A stretch of DNA of 64,000 bases from Balanoglossus misakiensis (Eukaryota; Animalia; Hemichordata). Positions 1-14,977 of the stretch are shown here, piece by piece. The notes beneath the pieces were generated by a model. That model saw only the letters and a list, made by a program, of their open reading frames with translations, searched no databases and was not told the DNA's origin. The DNA lies in assembly GCA_040954595.2 (NCBI GenBank), contig CM082580.2, positions 1,230,783 to 1,294,782 of the forward strand, read 5' to 3'. How positions within the stretch are numbered: position 1 is the first letter of the stretch; every line of letters starts with the position of its first letter. The translations under genes were made by a program, and so were the position numbers.

Positions 1-3000
1 ATGTGTTAACCTGGGGATTTACAGTCAACATTAAATACCCATGCATAGGCATTAAATACCTATGTCACAATGCATAGCTTACATCACCATCTACTCTGAT
101 GCACCATTATGCTCGCTACGCCATTTCCCCTAATGCAAAGAATGACATTCAATGTCACCATTGCATTTGCAATTGTAAATTACAGTGCTTTTGGCCATGT
201 ATTAACCTAGGGATTTTCAATCAACTTTAAATCCCCATATGCGTTATATTCCATTGTCAATGTGAAGGGCTTGAAACACCATCTGTCCTGATGCATCATC
301 AAGCTTGCTTCACAATTTACCCCGATGGAAAGAATCAGATTTAATGTCATGGTAGCATTAGCAATGTCAAACTACAGTGCTTATGGCCACGTATCAACCT
401 GGGGATTTACAATCAACTTTAAATCCCCATATGCGTTATATTCCAATGTCAATGTGAAGGGCTTGAAATACCATCTACCCTGATGCATCATCAAGTTTGT
501 TTTGACAACTTTAAATCCCCCTCAGCATGCATTTAATCCCCATGTCAAAGTGCAGAGCTTGCATCACCATCTATCCTGATGCATCATCAAGCTGCTTCGC
601 CATTTGCCCTGATGCAAAGAATCAGATATAGTGTCACCATTGCATAAGCAATGTCAAATTACAGTGCTTTTGGACACGTATTAACACAGGGATTTATAAT
701 CTATTTGAAATCCCTATATGCTTTTTATACCCATGTCTAAGCGAAGTGTTTGCATCACTATCTACTGTGATGCATCGTCAAGCATGCTTCGCCATTTGCC
801 TTAATGCAAAGAATCAGATTAAATGTCACTGTTGCATTCGCAATGTCAAATTACTGTGCTTTTGGCCACGTATTAACCTGGCGATTTACAGTCAACTTTA
901 AACATCTGTGCATATGCATTAAATACGCATGTCAAAGTGCAGTGTCTCCATCACCATTGATCCTGATGCATCACCAAGCATGCTTCGCTATATGCCCTGA
1001 TGCAAAGAATCAGATTTAGTATCACAGTAGCATTAGCCATGTCAAATTACAGTGCTTTTGGCTATGTATTAACCTGGGGATTTACAATCAACTTTAAATC
1101 CCCATATGCATTATATTCCAATGTCAATGTGAAGGGCTTGAAATACCATCTACCCTGATGCATCATCAAGTTTGTTTCGCCATTAACCCTGATGCAAATA
1201 ATCAGTGTCACCATAGCATCAGCAATGTCAAATTACTGAGCATTTGGCCATGTATTAACTTGCGGGTTTACAATCAACTTCAAATCCCCATATGCATTAT
1301 ATTGCAATGTTAACTTGAACGGCTTGAAACACCATCTATACTGATGCATCATCAAGCTTTCTTCACAATTTACCCTGATGCAAAGAATCAGATTTAGTGT
1401 CGCCATAGCATTAGCAATGGCAAATAAAAGTGCTTTCGGCCACATATTAACCCAGGGATTTATAATCAACTTGAAATCCCTATATGAATTTTATACCTAT
1501 GTCAAAGCGAAGTGCTTGCATCAATATCTACCGTGATGCATCATCAAGCTTGCTTCGCCATTTGCCCTAATGCAAAGAATCAGATTCAATGTCACTGTTG
1601 CATTAGCAATGTCAAATTATAGTGCGTTTGGCCGTATACTAACCTGGGGATTTACAATCAACTTTAAATCCCCATATGCATTATATTCTAATGTCAATGT
1701 GAAGGGCTTGAAACACCATCTATCATGATGCATCATCAAGCTTGCTTCACCATTTTCCCTAATGCAAAAAATCAGATTTAGTGTCATGGTAGCATTAGCA
1801 AATCCCTATATGCATTTGATACCCATGTCAAAGTGAAGTGTTTGCATCACTATCTACCGTGATGCATCATCAAGCTTGCATCGCCATTCACCCTTATACA
1901 AAGAATCAGATTCAATGTCACCGTTGCATTAGCAATGTCAAATTACAGTGCTTATGGCCACGTATTAACCTGAGGATTTACAGTCAACATTAAATACCCA
2001 TGCATATCCATTAAATACCTATGTCAAAGTGTAGAGCTTGCATCACCATTTACTCTGATGCACCATTAGGCTTGCTACGCCATTTCCCCTAATGCAAAGA
2101 ATCACATTCAATGTCACCATTGCATTAGCAATTTTAAATTACAGTGTTTTTGGCCATGTATTAACCTATGGATTTGCAATTAACTTTAAATCCCCATATG
2201 CGTTATATTCCAATGTCAAGTGAAGGGCTTGAAACACCACCTATCCTGATGCATCATCAAGCTTGCTTCACAATTTACCCTGATGCAAAAAATCACATTC
2301 AGCGTCACCATTTCATTAGCAATGTCAAATTACAGTGCTTATTGCCACGTATTAACCTGGGAATTTACAGACAACTTTAAATACCCATGCATATACATTA
2401 AATACCTATGTCAAAGTGCAGAGCTTGCATCACCATCTACTCTGATGCATCATTAGGTTTGCATCGCCATTCCCCATAATGCAAAGAATCAGATTCAATG
2501 TCACCCTTGCATTAGCAATTTTAAATTACAGTGCTTTTGGACATATATTAACCTGGGGATTTACAGTCGACATTAAATACCCATGCATATGCATTAAATA
2601 TCTATGTCAAAGTGCAGAGCTTGCATCACCATCTACTCTGATGTACCATTATGCTTGCTACGCCATTTCCCCTAATGCAAAGAATGACATTCAATGTCAC
2701 CATTGCATTTGCAATTTTAAATTACAGTGCTTTTGGCCATGTATTAACCTAGGGATTTTCAATCAACTTTAAATCCCCATATGCGTTATATTCCATTGTC
2801 AATGTGAAGGGCTTGAAACACCATCTGTCCTGATGCATCATCAAGCTTGCTTCACAATTTACCCCGATGGAAAGAATCAGATTTAATGTCACGGTAGCAT
2901 TAGCAATGTCAAACTACAGTGCTTATGGCCACGTATCAACCTGGGGATTTACAATCAACTTTAAATCCCCATATGCGTTATATTCCAATGTCAATGTGAA

Positions 3001-5385
3001 GGGCTTGAAATACCTTCTACCCTGATGCATCATCAAGTTTGTTTTGACAACTTTAAATCCCCCTCAGCATGCATTTAATCCTCATGTCAAAGTGCAGAGC
3101 TTGCATCACCATCTATCCTGATGCATCATCAAGCTGCTTCGCCATTAACCCTGATGCAAATAATCAGTGTCACCATAGCATTAGCAATGGCAAATAAAAG
3201 TGCTTTCGGCCACATATTAACCCAGGGATTTATAATCAACTTGAAATCCCCATATGAATTTTATACCTATGTCAAAGCGAAATGCTTGCATCAATATCTA
3301 CCGTGATGCATCATCAAGCTTGCTTCGCCATTTGCCCTAATGCAAAGAATCAGATTCAATGTCACCCTTGCATTAGCAATGTCAAATTACAGTGCTTTTG
3401 GCCATACAATCAACTTTAAATCCCCATGTGCGTTATATTCCAATGTCAATGTGAAGGGCTTGAAACACCATCTATCATGATACATCATCAAGCTTGCTTC
3501 ACAATTTACCCTGATGCAAAGAATCAGATTTAGTATCACGGTAGCATTAGCAATGTCAAATTACAGTGCCTATGGCCACGTATTAACCTCGGGATTTACG
3601 GACAACTTTAAATACCCATGCATATACATTTAATACCTATGTCAAAGTGCAGAGCTTGCATCACCATTTACTCCGATGCATTATTAAGCTTGCTTCACCA
3701 TTTTCCCTGATGCAAAGAATCAGATTAAATGTCACCGTTGTATTAGCAATGTCAAATTAAAGTGCTTTTGGACTTGTATTAACCTGGGGATTTACAGTCA
3801 ACTTTTAATCCCCCTGTATACATTTTAAACCCCGGTGTAAAAGTTTAGTGATTGCATCACCATTGACCCTGGTGCATCATCAAGCATTCTTCAGAATTTG
3901 CCCTGATGCAAAGAATCAGATTCAATGTCACCCTTGCATTAGCAATTTTAAATTACAGTGCTTTTGGACATGTATTAACCTAGGGATTTACAGTCAACAT
4001 TAAATACCCATGCACATGCATTAAATACCTATGTCAAAATGCATAGCTTGCATCACCATCTACTCCAATGCATCATTAAACTTTTAGCCATTTCCCCTAA
4101 TGCAAAGAATTACATTCAATGTCACCATTTCATTAGCAATGTCAAACTACAGTGCTTTTGGGTGCGTATTAACCCAGGGATTTGTAATCAACTTGAAATC
4201 CCCATATGCATTTAATACCCATGTCAGAGTGAACTGTTTGCATCACTATCTACCGTGATGCATCATCAAGCCTGTATCGCCATTTACCCTGATGCATAGA
4301 ATCAGATTCAATGTCACCATTTCATTAGCAATGTCAAACTACAGTGCTTTTGGGTGCGTATTAACCCAGGGATTTGTAATCAACTTGAAATCCCCATATG
4401 CATTTAATACCCATGTCAGAGTGAACTGTTTGCATCACTATCTACCGTGATGCATCATCAAGCCTGTATCGCCATTTACCCTGATGCATAGAATCAGATT
4501 CAATGTCACCGTTGCATTAGCAATGTCAAATAAAAGTGCTTTTGGCCATGTATTAACCTAGGGATTTACAATCAATTTTAAATCCCCATATGCATTATAT
4601 TCAAAAGTCAATGTGAAGGGCTTCAAACACCATCTATCCTGATGCATCATCACGTTTGCTTCACCATTTATCCATATTCAATGTCACGCTTGCATTAGTA
4701 ATTTTAAATTACAGTGCTTTTGGCCATGTATTAACCTCGGGATTTAGAGTCAACTTTAAATATCAATGCGCATGCATTAAATACCCATGTCAAAGTGAAG
4801 TGTTTGCATCACTATCTACCGGGATGCATCATCAAGCTTGCATCGCCATTTACCCTGATGCAAAGAATCAGATTCAATATCATCGTTGCATTAGCAATGT
4901 CAAATTACAGTGCTTATGGCCACGTATTAACCTGAGGATATACAATCAACTTTAAATCCCCATATGCGTTATATTCCAATGTCAATGTGAAGGGCTTGAA
5001 ACACCATCTATCATGATGCATCATCAAGCTTGCTTCACAATTTACCCTGATGCAAGAATCAGATTTAGTGTCACGGTAGCATTAGCAATGTCAAATTACA
5101 GTGCTTTTGGCCACGTATTAACCTGGGGATTTACAGTCAACATTAAATACCCATGCACATGCATTAAATACCTATGTCAAAGTGAAGTGTTTGCATCAAT
5201 ATCTACCTGGCTGCATCATCAAGCTTGCATCGCCATTCCCCCTAATGCAAAGAATCAGATTCAATGTCATCGTTGCATTAGCAATGTCAAATAAAATTGC
5301 TTTTGGACACGTATTAACCCAGGGATTTCAGTCAACTTTTAGTATCCCTGTATGCATTTTAAACTCCGGTGTCAACGTTTAGTGA
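1..5385. repeat. Satellite array, 192-196-bp monomer, roughly 28 copies, some internally deleted
   Basis: The motif gt(a/g)ttaacct(g/a)gggattt recurs at 1, 197, 389 and onward; each monomer has tgatgcatcatcaagcttgc and gcaaagaatcagatt. The short ORFs here are repeat translations. Confidence 0.97.
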
Positions 5386-6988
5386 TTAACTTCTTTGCTA
5401 TTTAAACATTACATTTTGAGTAAAAGGGGTGAAATGGGATTAAAGTTTATAGTGACATATCGAAAAGAATCTATTTGAATTCGTTCATTTCTGAAATCAT
5501 ATCGAAAAGAATCTATTTCAATTCGTTCATATCTGAAATATGATAATACGAATATGCATGTTTTATTCGCCATATATGAACACCAATGAAAAGTTATGTT
5601 TCCAGCTTAGGTATCGGTGGATTTGAACCACCTGACATCAGAAGACGCCTCCAGAATACCTTTAAATTGGTTGCATAATTTTCATGTGAATGTTCATAAT
5701 ATAGCGAGTGATTAATCCCTAATTTATTGTTTTGTGGGGGGGGGGGGGGGTGGGGGTGGGGGGGGGGGGGAGTTCAAGTAGCATATCTTGCAGGCCAATT
5801 TGAAACAATGTGTCATGTGGTTAAACTGAAAGAAATTAACCAATATAGTTTCAGCTCTTTTTGAAACAAGGTGTCATTTGGTTGAACAATGGGCCAGTCA
5901 AAATAGCATCTGCTAATTATGCACACAATAGTGTGATGGGTTAGTGGGTTAAGTTTACTTTTACCTTAGCGTTATATAACACACTATCGTGTACATAATC
6001 TCGCAGAGCTCATTCACAATTGTTTTAAAATAAAGCAAGATAACTACATGTATGATAACACACATCTAATTTACGCGCCTAAAGGGCAGTTAAAAAACCT
6101 CATACCAATTACAAAAGAGGGAAAAAAAACTGTCCTCTCCTCCTCTCACCCCATGATCTAAGCTAAATTTGGAATTTGGATGGGGTGGGGAGGTTAAGCT
6201 AACCTAACATTGTGCTAACATTTTCTGCCTGTCTGTCGCGTACAATGTGTCGATGCGCGAATACAATCACGGGTACCGTTGCGAGAAATTCCACCGAATA
6301 ACGATGCTGACGAGTATTATCTATCTGAGAAATAATAGCATGTTATTCATAAAATATACACATTAACCAATGAATGAACCAACATGATTATTAGACCTTG
6401 GACACTTATTTAACATTTTATCATTATTATACCTCTGTCATCATCATCAATATTAACACCCTTTTTATACTTAATATCACCATAAGCCATCACCACAATT
6501 ATTAATCGTTATTATACCCTTGCACAATTGTTACCCTTATTAAACCCGACACAGTTATTACTATTATTATACCCTTCTCATTCATATACCCATTATAACC
6601 TGTGTACACAAGCCATCATCATATTATAAACCCGTTATACCTTTATACCACATTTGTTACCCTAATATTATTCCCTTCATACAAGCAACCGTTGTTACCC
6701 CTTTATAACCTGTGTACACTCAAATTTTACCATAAAACCATCATCACATTTGTAACCCTTTTATTAAACCAAATTCAAATTTGTTCACCGTTATTATACC
6801 ATACACATTTCGGAACCTATTATCATACCCTGCACAAAGCCATTGCTGTTAACCTAATTTTAAAACAAGTAATCACTACCAATTATTAACCCGATTTATT
6901 GGACTATTAAGTTTTATATTACGATCACCTCGTTTTGTACGTCTATATTACTCTATCTTATAATTTTGGTCAATAGGATATTATGTTG

Positions 6989-7530
6989 AAACTCCACTTC
7001 TCCATTCTTCCACTTCTCCATCCTTTAGGTTGACGCTCCATCCATCCATCCATCAAAGTTTATATTAGTAGGTTGACTATGGTTGACTCTCCGCTCCATC
7101 CTCCCATCAAATTTTACGTTAGTTGGTTGATTATGGTGTTACCAGTGTGCCCTACAGGAAAGAAAAAGAGGAAAAAAACAGAGAAAAAACTCCACTTCTC
7201 CATCCTTCCACTTCTCCATCCTTTAAGTTGACGCTCCGCGGCACCATCCATCCATCAAAGTTTATATTTTAGTAAGTTGACTATGGTTGACGCTCCGCTC
7301 CATCCATCCATCAAAGTTTATATTAGTAGGTTGACTATGGTTGACGCTCCGCTCCATTCATCCATCAAAGTTTATATTAGTAGGTTGACTATGGTTGACG
7401 CTCCCCTCCATCCATCCATCAAAGTTTATATTAGTAGGTTGACTATGGTTGACACTCCGCTCGATCCATCCATCAAATTTTACGTTAGTAGGTTGATTAT
7501 GGTGTTACCATTGGGGCCTACAGGGAAAAA
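6989..7530. repeat. 54-bp minisatellite inside a duplicated ~200-bp module, followed by a purine-rich tract
   Basis: gactatggttgacgctcc occurs at 7279, 7333 and onward (period 54); the module start aaactccacttctcca is at 6989 and 7187. Confidence 0.9.
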
Positions 7531-10314
7531 AAGAAAAAAAAAGAGAAAAGAAGAGAAAAAAAGAAAGAAAGAAAGAAAGAGAGAGAGAAGGAGAAGAGTA
7601 CCGGTGGGACCTACAAAAAAAAAAGAATGAAAGAATTAAATGCATGAAATCAATGATAATAATAGGATTAATTTGGCAAGCCAGCCCAACCCAACATACT
7701 GCGGGTCAAGGGGTACATATCGTCAATTAATGAAAAAAAAATAAAGTGCAACAAACATTGGCTAGGTCAAAGCAGTTCCTATGGATACCAGAGAGTGCCA
7801 ATGCTGTATCTGCTATGTATATAGGAAAGCAGATCAAAGGTCACCAAGAGCTCACCCAAAATTGTCAACAAATGTTTCTTCCAAAATTATCAGTGTAAAA
7901 TGAAAAACAAGACTTCTGGCTCTATTGGTTAACCTGGTAATTAGGTGTTCCAGCCCTCAAAATTTGAAGGCGTTATCTGCTGTGCATGCCAAGGCAGGGA
8001 AAATAGGTTTAAGGTAACCAAAGCTAACAAAAATGTCAGAAAAAAATGTGATCGCATACTGGTGAATGTTCAAGAAAACCCAGACTCAAAGCTTCATTAT
8101 CTAGTCTACAATTACGTAAGCACATATTTATAAGGTTATCATTGGTCAAGAAATTCAGCAAAAAAATTAAGTCCAATAGTAGAGCATGTTCATAAAAAAT
8201 TCAACCTGTAACAATATGGGTAAGCTCAGCATTAGATATTCACATATTTAATAAGCTCAACATTGGTCCAGTGGATTCCAAATGTAACAAAAAAAGCTAA
8301 GTCCCATACTTGTCCATATACATCAAAAACCAAACCTCTAGTGCTATTAGTCTAGTCGCCATAAGATATTCAGAAAAGAATACAGGTGCCAAACTTAGGA
8401 CAAAGTTCAATGCCAATATTATCAAACAATTTGGGTTATGTCCTGGCAGCAGTACTATTCGTGTGAAAAATAAATCATCACTGTTTTGCTTTTCAACAAG
8501 AGGCATATCCACGAATAATTAAGTTCTGAAAAAAAAATGGATCAAAGTACATGCGAAAGTTGCCAAAAAATGCAACGTATTCTGGTCATATGGTGACTCG
8601 TATCTATAAAAAGAATTGGTGTGCAATCAAAGTTTTTAATCAGAATTCATAAAATCCAATTTGGCTTCAATAAACTTTAATTAAGTTCTGAAAGATCTGG
8701 ATCAAAAGACAAATGAAAGTTGCCTAAAAATTTGTATTATTAAGTGTTGGAAAAACTGGATTAAAGGACATGTGCAATATGCCAAAAATGGTAACATATT
8801 CTGGTCATATAGTGAGTCATATACATATAAATAATGTTTGTGCTATCAATGAGTAGGCCATAAATAGGAAATCTTAGTTTTAAATCGTTGTTCAGAAAAT
8901 CCAATTTGGCTCCAATAAGGTTTAACCAATCACAATTCACTTGAAAACTTGATTAGAAAAAGTGTTTTAATGATATTTTTCAAAAATCTAATAAGGAATT
9001 CTAAGTCACATGACTACTAGCAATATTACAGTCAAACTTTGAACTGCACAGTATATTCGAACTTGATTGTCCCTGTAGTTTTGGAAAAGAACTGTCATCT
9101 TTTAAAGGTTATCAGAAAATCCAATATGGCCACCCTGAAGAAGACAATTAAAGGAACATGCAGCATTACAGGGACCAAAGCAGTTAGCATGGTTCCAACA
9201 GAAAGCAAACTCTGTATCTGTTGTGGATGCTTAGAAATGGTAGGTAAGCCAGAGGTCACGGAAATTTGTGGCAACAAATTTTGACATCAAACTGATCAGT
9301 GTTCAACAAAAAAACAGACTTTTATTCTCAATTGGTTAACTAGAAAAAGCTTATGTACACAACTTTTGTGTTAAAGTTTAATACTTTATTAGGTGTTTAA
9401 GGCCTAAAAATCTGAAGGCTGTATCTGTTGTGCAGGCCAGGTTATGGGAAAGTACATCAAAGGTCATTGCCAAAATTATCAAAATATTTGGGTTATGTCC
9501 TGGCAGCAGTAGTACTCTTTGAACAAAATCATGACTGTTGAGCTTTTTATCAAGAGCCATATCCACATAAAATTAAGTTATGGAATTACTGGATCAAAGG
9601 ACATGCGAGAGTCACCAACAAATTGTTTAATCAAATACTGAAAAAAAACTGGATCAAAGAACATATGAAAGTTGTCAAAAAATGTAACATATTCTAGTCA
9701 TATGGTGACTCGTATCCACAGAAAGAATTTGTGTGCTTTCAATGAGTAGGATAAAAAAAGGAATTTTAGCTTTTAATCGGAGTTCAGAAAATCCAATTTG
9801 GCTCTGATAAGGTTAAACCAATCACAATTCACTTGAAAACTTGATTAGAAAAAGATTTTCGTAATTTTTGAATGAGATTTTTAAAAAATCCAATAAGGCA
9901 CCAAAAGTCACATGACCACTAATGATATTTTATCAAACTTTCAACCGCACAGTAAATTAGAACTTGATTGGCCCTGTAGTTTATGAAAATGTCAACCTTT
10001 AAAGCTTATTAGAAAATCCAATATGGCCGCCATGAAGAAGACAATTACAACTAAAAGTAGCATTGGAGGGACCAAGGTGTTAAGCATGGTTCCAACAGAA
10101 AGCAGAGGCTGTGTCTGTTGTGGATGCCCAGAAATGGTAAAGTACGCCAGAGGTGAGGCAAAATGTGCCAACAAAATTTGATACCAAACTGATCAGTGTC
10201 CAACAAAAAGCAGACTTCTACGCTTTATTGGTTAACTTTAAATAGCTCATATACATAATTAGTGTGTTAAAGTTAACACATGCACTTCATTAGGTGTTCC
10301 AGTCCTCTAAATTT

Positions 10315-12118
10315 ACAAGTGACCTATTGGTCAAATGAGCTCTGCTGACCTTAACAGTGTAACCTGGGCGATGATATGAATACCCTAGGTTTTAATTCAT
10401 AACAATTGTATTCTATTGAACAAAACCAAACATAGACATCACAAGTATTTATCCAAATTCAGCTTGATTCATTGCACTAAAGAAAGAAAGAATTGAATTC
10501 TAAAGAACAACATCAAAAGGAAGTACCAATGTTCTAATTTGCATATTCATGACCCCATCAAAATTCCAATAAAACAAAATCAGGTAGGGGCACCATAACA
10601 CACATTCTACCAAATTTCAACTCCATCGTACATGTATTTAGGGAGAAGATTTTTTTACCAAAAATTATATTTTTAGATCTAATTTGCATATTTATGACCC
10701 CATCATATCCAAATTAGCAAAATCAGGTAGGGGCACCATAACACACATTCCTACTAAATTTCAGCGCCATCGTACATGTAGTTAGGGAGAAGAAGATTTT
10801 TGACCAAAAATTCTATTTTTAGATCTAATTTGCATATTTATGACCCCATCTAATCCAAATTAGCAAAATCAGGTAGGGGCACCATAACACACATTCCTAC
10901 TAAATTTCAGCGCCATCGTACATGTAGTTAGGGAGAAGAAGATTTTTGACCAAAAATTCTATTTTTAGATCTAATTTGCATATTTATGACCCAATCAAAT
11001 CCAAATTAACAAAATCAGGTAGGGACACTATAACACACATTCCTACTAAATTTCAGCTCCATCGTACAAATAGTTAGGGAGAAGAAGATTTTTTACCAAA
11101 AATTATATTTTTAGATCTAATTTACATATTCATGACCCGATCATATCCAAATTTATAAAATCAAGTACGGGCATCATAACACACATTCCTACCATATTTC
11201 AGCTCCATCGTACATGTAGTTAGGGAGAAGAAAATTTTTGACCAAAAATTATATTTTTAGATCTAATTTGCATATTTATGACCCCATCAAATCCAAATTT
11301 ACAAAATCAGGTAGGGGCACCATAACACACATTCCTACCAAATTTCAGCTCCATTGTACATGTAGTTATGGAGAAGAAGATTTTTTACCAAAATTCTATT
11401 TTTAGATCTAATTTGCATATTTATGACCCCATCAAATCCAAATTTACAAAATCAGGTAGGGGCACCATAACACACATTCCTGCCAAATTTCAGGTCCATT
11501 GCACATGTAGTTGTGGAGAAGAAGATTTTTACCAAAAGTTCTATTTTTAGATCTAATTTGCATATTCATGACCCCATCAAATCCAAATTAACAAAATCAG
11601 TTAAAGGCACCATAACACACATTCCAACCAAATTTCAGCTAAATATGCCCAGTTGTTTTAAAGAAGAAGATTGAAATACAAAAAGTTGACGGACGACAGA
11701 CGACTGACGACAGACGACGGACGACGGACGGACACTTATCAACCTACTGCTACAGCTCGGCTGACACAAGTGACAGCAGAGCTAAAAATCAGGTAGGGAC
11801 ACCATAACACACATTCCTACCAAATTTCAGCTCCATCGTACATGTAGTTAGGGAGAAGAAGATTTTTTTACCAAAAATTTTATTTTTAGATCTAATTTGC
11901 ATATTCATGACCCGATCAAATCCAAATTAACAAAATCAGGTAAGGGCACCATAACACACATTCTAACCAAATTTCAGCTAAATATGCCAAGTAGTTTTAT
12001 AGAAGAAGATTGAAATACCAAAAGTTGACGGACGACGGATGACGGACGACAGACGACGGACAGACATTTATCAACCTACTGCTACAGCTCGGCTGACACA
12101 AGTGACAGCAGAGCTAAT
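10315..12118. mobile_element. Non-autonomous Helentron/HINE-like element with an internal 146-bp tandem array
   Basis: It interrupts ctctaaattt|aaaagctgtatc (intact site at ~14035). 5' acaag end; subterminal agctctgctg (~10338) is inverted to the 3' hairpin agctcggctg..cagcagagct; (gacg/gaca)n microsatellite; tctaatttgcat at 10678, 10824, 10970 (period 146). Confidence 0.8.
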
Positions 12119-14977
12119 AAAAGCTGTATCTGCTGTGCATGCCAAGTTTTGGAAATGTAGATCAAGGGTCATTGCCAAAATTATCAAAATATTTGGGTTA
12201 TGTCCTGCCAGAGTAGTACTCATGTGAACAAAATCATGACTGTTGTGCTTTTTAACAAGAGACATATCAATGTACAATTAAGTTCTGAAAGATCTTGATC
12301 AAAGGGAAAATGAAAGTTGCAAAAAATTGTATAATTAAGTGTTAAAAAAAGGATCAATGGACATGTGAAAGTTGACAAAAAATTTTAACATTCTGGTCTT
12401 ATGTTGACTCTATCCATAAAAAGGCTTGGTGTGCTATCATTCAGTAGCCTACAAATAGGAAATTTTAGTTTTTAATCGGAGTTCAGAAAATCCAATTAGG
12501 CTTCAATAAGGTTTAACCAATCACATTTTACGCGAAAGCGTGATTAAAAAAAGATTTTGGAAATTTTTCATGGGATTTTTCAAAAATCCATAATAAATCC
12601 AAATTCACATGAACACTAACAATATTATTTTAAAAAATTGGAACGTACAGTAAATTAGAACTTGATTGGCCTTGTAATTTTTGAAAAAAAATGTCAACTT
12701 TTAAAGGTTATCAGAAAATCCAATATGGCCACCATGAAGAAGACAATTAAAAGAACATGCAGCATCACAGGGGCCAAAGCAGTTAGCATGGTTCCAACAG
12801 AAAGCAAACTCTGTATCTGTTATGGATTCTTAGAATGGTAGGTAAGCCAGAGGTCACGGAAATTTGTGCCAACAAATTTTGATATCAAACTGATAAGTGT
12901 CCAACAAGAACCAAACTTCTAAGCTCAATTGGTTAACTTTAAATAGGATTTAAGTAGATCATGGCCAAAATTATCAAAATATTTGGGTTATGTCCAGGCA
13001 GCAATAGTACTCATGTGTACAAAATCATGACTGTTGTGCTTTTTAACAAGAGACATATCCAAGTAGATCAAGGGTCATGGCCAAAATTATCAAAATATTT
13101 GGGTTATGTCCTGGCAGCAATAAAACTCATGTGAACAAAATCATGACTGTTGTGCTTTTTAACAAGAGACATATCCAAGTAGATCAATGGTCATTGCCAA
13201 AATTATCAAAATATTTGGGTTATGTCCTGGCAGCAGTAGTACTCTATGAACAAAATCATGACTGTTGAGCTTTTTATCAAGAGCCATATCCACATAAAAT
13301 TAAGTTATGGAATTACTGGGTCAAAGGACATGCGAGAGTTGCCAACAAATTGTTTAATCAAGTTTTGAAAAAACTGGATCAAAGGACATGTGAAAGTTGC
13401 CAAAAAATGTAACGTATTCTAGTCATATGGCGACTCGTATCCATAAAATTAATTTGTGTGCTTTCAATGAGTAGGCTAGAAATAGGAAATCTTAGTTTTT
13501 AATCAGTGTTCAGAAAAATCCAATTTGGCTCCAATAAGGTGACACCAATCACAATTCACTTGAAAACTTGATTAGAAAAAGATGTTCTGTAATTTTTTAA
13601 TGAGATTTTTAAACAATCCAATTAGGCACCCAAAGTCACATGACCACTAATGATATTTTTGTCAAACTTTCAACCCTACAGTAAACTAGAATTTGATTTG
13701 CCCTGTAGTTTATGAAAATGTCAACTTTTAAAGGTTATTAGAAAATCCAATATGGCCACCATGAAGAAGACAATTAGAGCTACAAGCAGCATTGGAGTGG
13801 CCAAAGCGGTTAGCATGGTTCCAACAGAAAGCAAAGGCTGTATCTGTTGTGGATGCCTAGAAATGGTAAAGTATGCCAGAGGTGATGCAAAATGTGCCAA
13901 CAAAATTTGATACCAAACTGATCAATGTCCAACAAAAAGCAGACTTCTACGCTTTATTAGTTAACTTTAAATAGCTTATATACATAATTATTGTGTTAAA
14001 GTTAATACATGTACTTCATTAGGTGTTCCAAGCCTCTAAATTTAAAAGCTGTATCTGCTGTACATGCCAAGTTATGGGAATGTAGATCAAAAGTTACTGC
14101 CAAAATTATCAAAATATTTGGGTTATGTCCTGGCAGCAGTAGTACTCATGTGAACAAAATCACGACTGTTGTGCTTTTTAACAAGAGGCATATCAACGTA
14201 GAATTAAGTTCTGAAAGATCTGGATCAAAAGACGAATGAAAGTTGCAAAAAAATAGTATAATTAAGTGTTGAAAAAATGGATGAAAGGACATGTGAAAGT
14301 TGATAAAAATTGTTTAACATATTCTGGACTTATGGTGACTCGTATCCATAAAAAGGATTGGTGTGCTATCATTCAGTAGCCTTGAAATAGGAAATTTTAG
14401 TTTTTAATCGGAGTTCAGACAATCCAATTTGACTTCAATAAGGTTTAACCAATCACAATTCACTTGAAAGCTTGATTAAAAAAGATTTTGGAAATTTTTC
14501 ATGAGTTTTTGAAAAAATCCATAATGAATCCAAATTCACATGACCACTATTAATATAATTGAAAAAAAAATGGAACGGCCAGTAAATTAGAACTTGATTG
14601 GCCCTGCAGTTTAGAAAAAAATGTCCACTTTTAGAGATTATCAGAAAATCCAATATGGCCGCCATGAAGAAGACCCAACTATAAGCAGCATTGGAGTGAC
14701 CAAAGTGGTTAGCATGGTTCCAACAGAAAGCAAAGGCTGTATCTGTTATGGATGCTGAGAAATGGTAAGTAAGCCAGAGGTCAGGCAAATTTGTGCCAAC
14801 AAATTTTGACATCAAACTGATAAGTGTCCAACAAGAACCAAACTTCTAAGCTCAATTGGTTAACTTTAAATAGGATAAGTACATAATGATTGTGTTAAAA
14901 ATTAATACTTCATTAGGTGTTCCAGTCCTCTAAATTTGAAAGCCGTATCTGCTGTGCATGGCAAGTTATGGGAAAGA

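Noticed and set aside
5735-5770. Poly-G tract as a functional G-quadruplex
   Set aside because: Similar G/C runs are scattered through the window; nothing points to a specific function.
7277-7630. 117-aa ORF with 18-aa repeats and a K/R tail
   Set aside because: It is the product of a 54-bp minisatellite plus a purine-rich tract, with no supporting gene structure.
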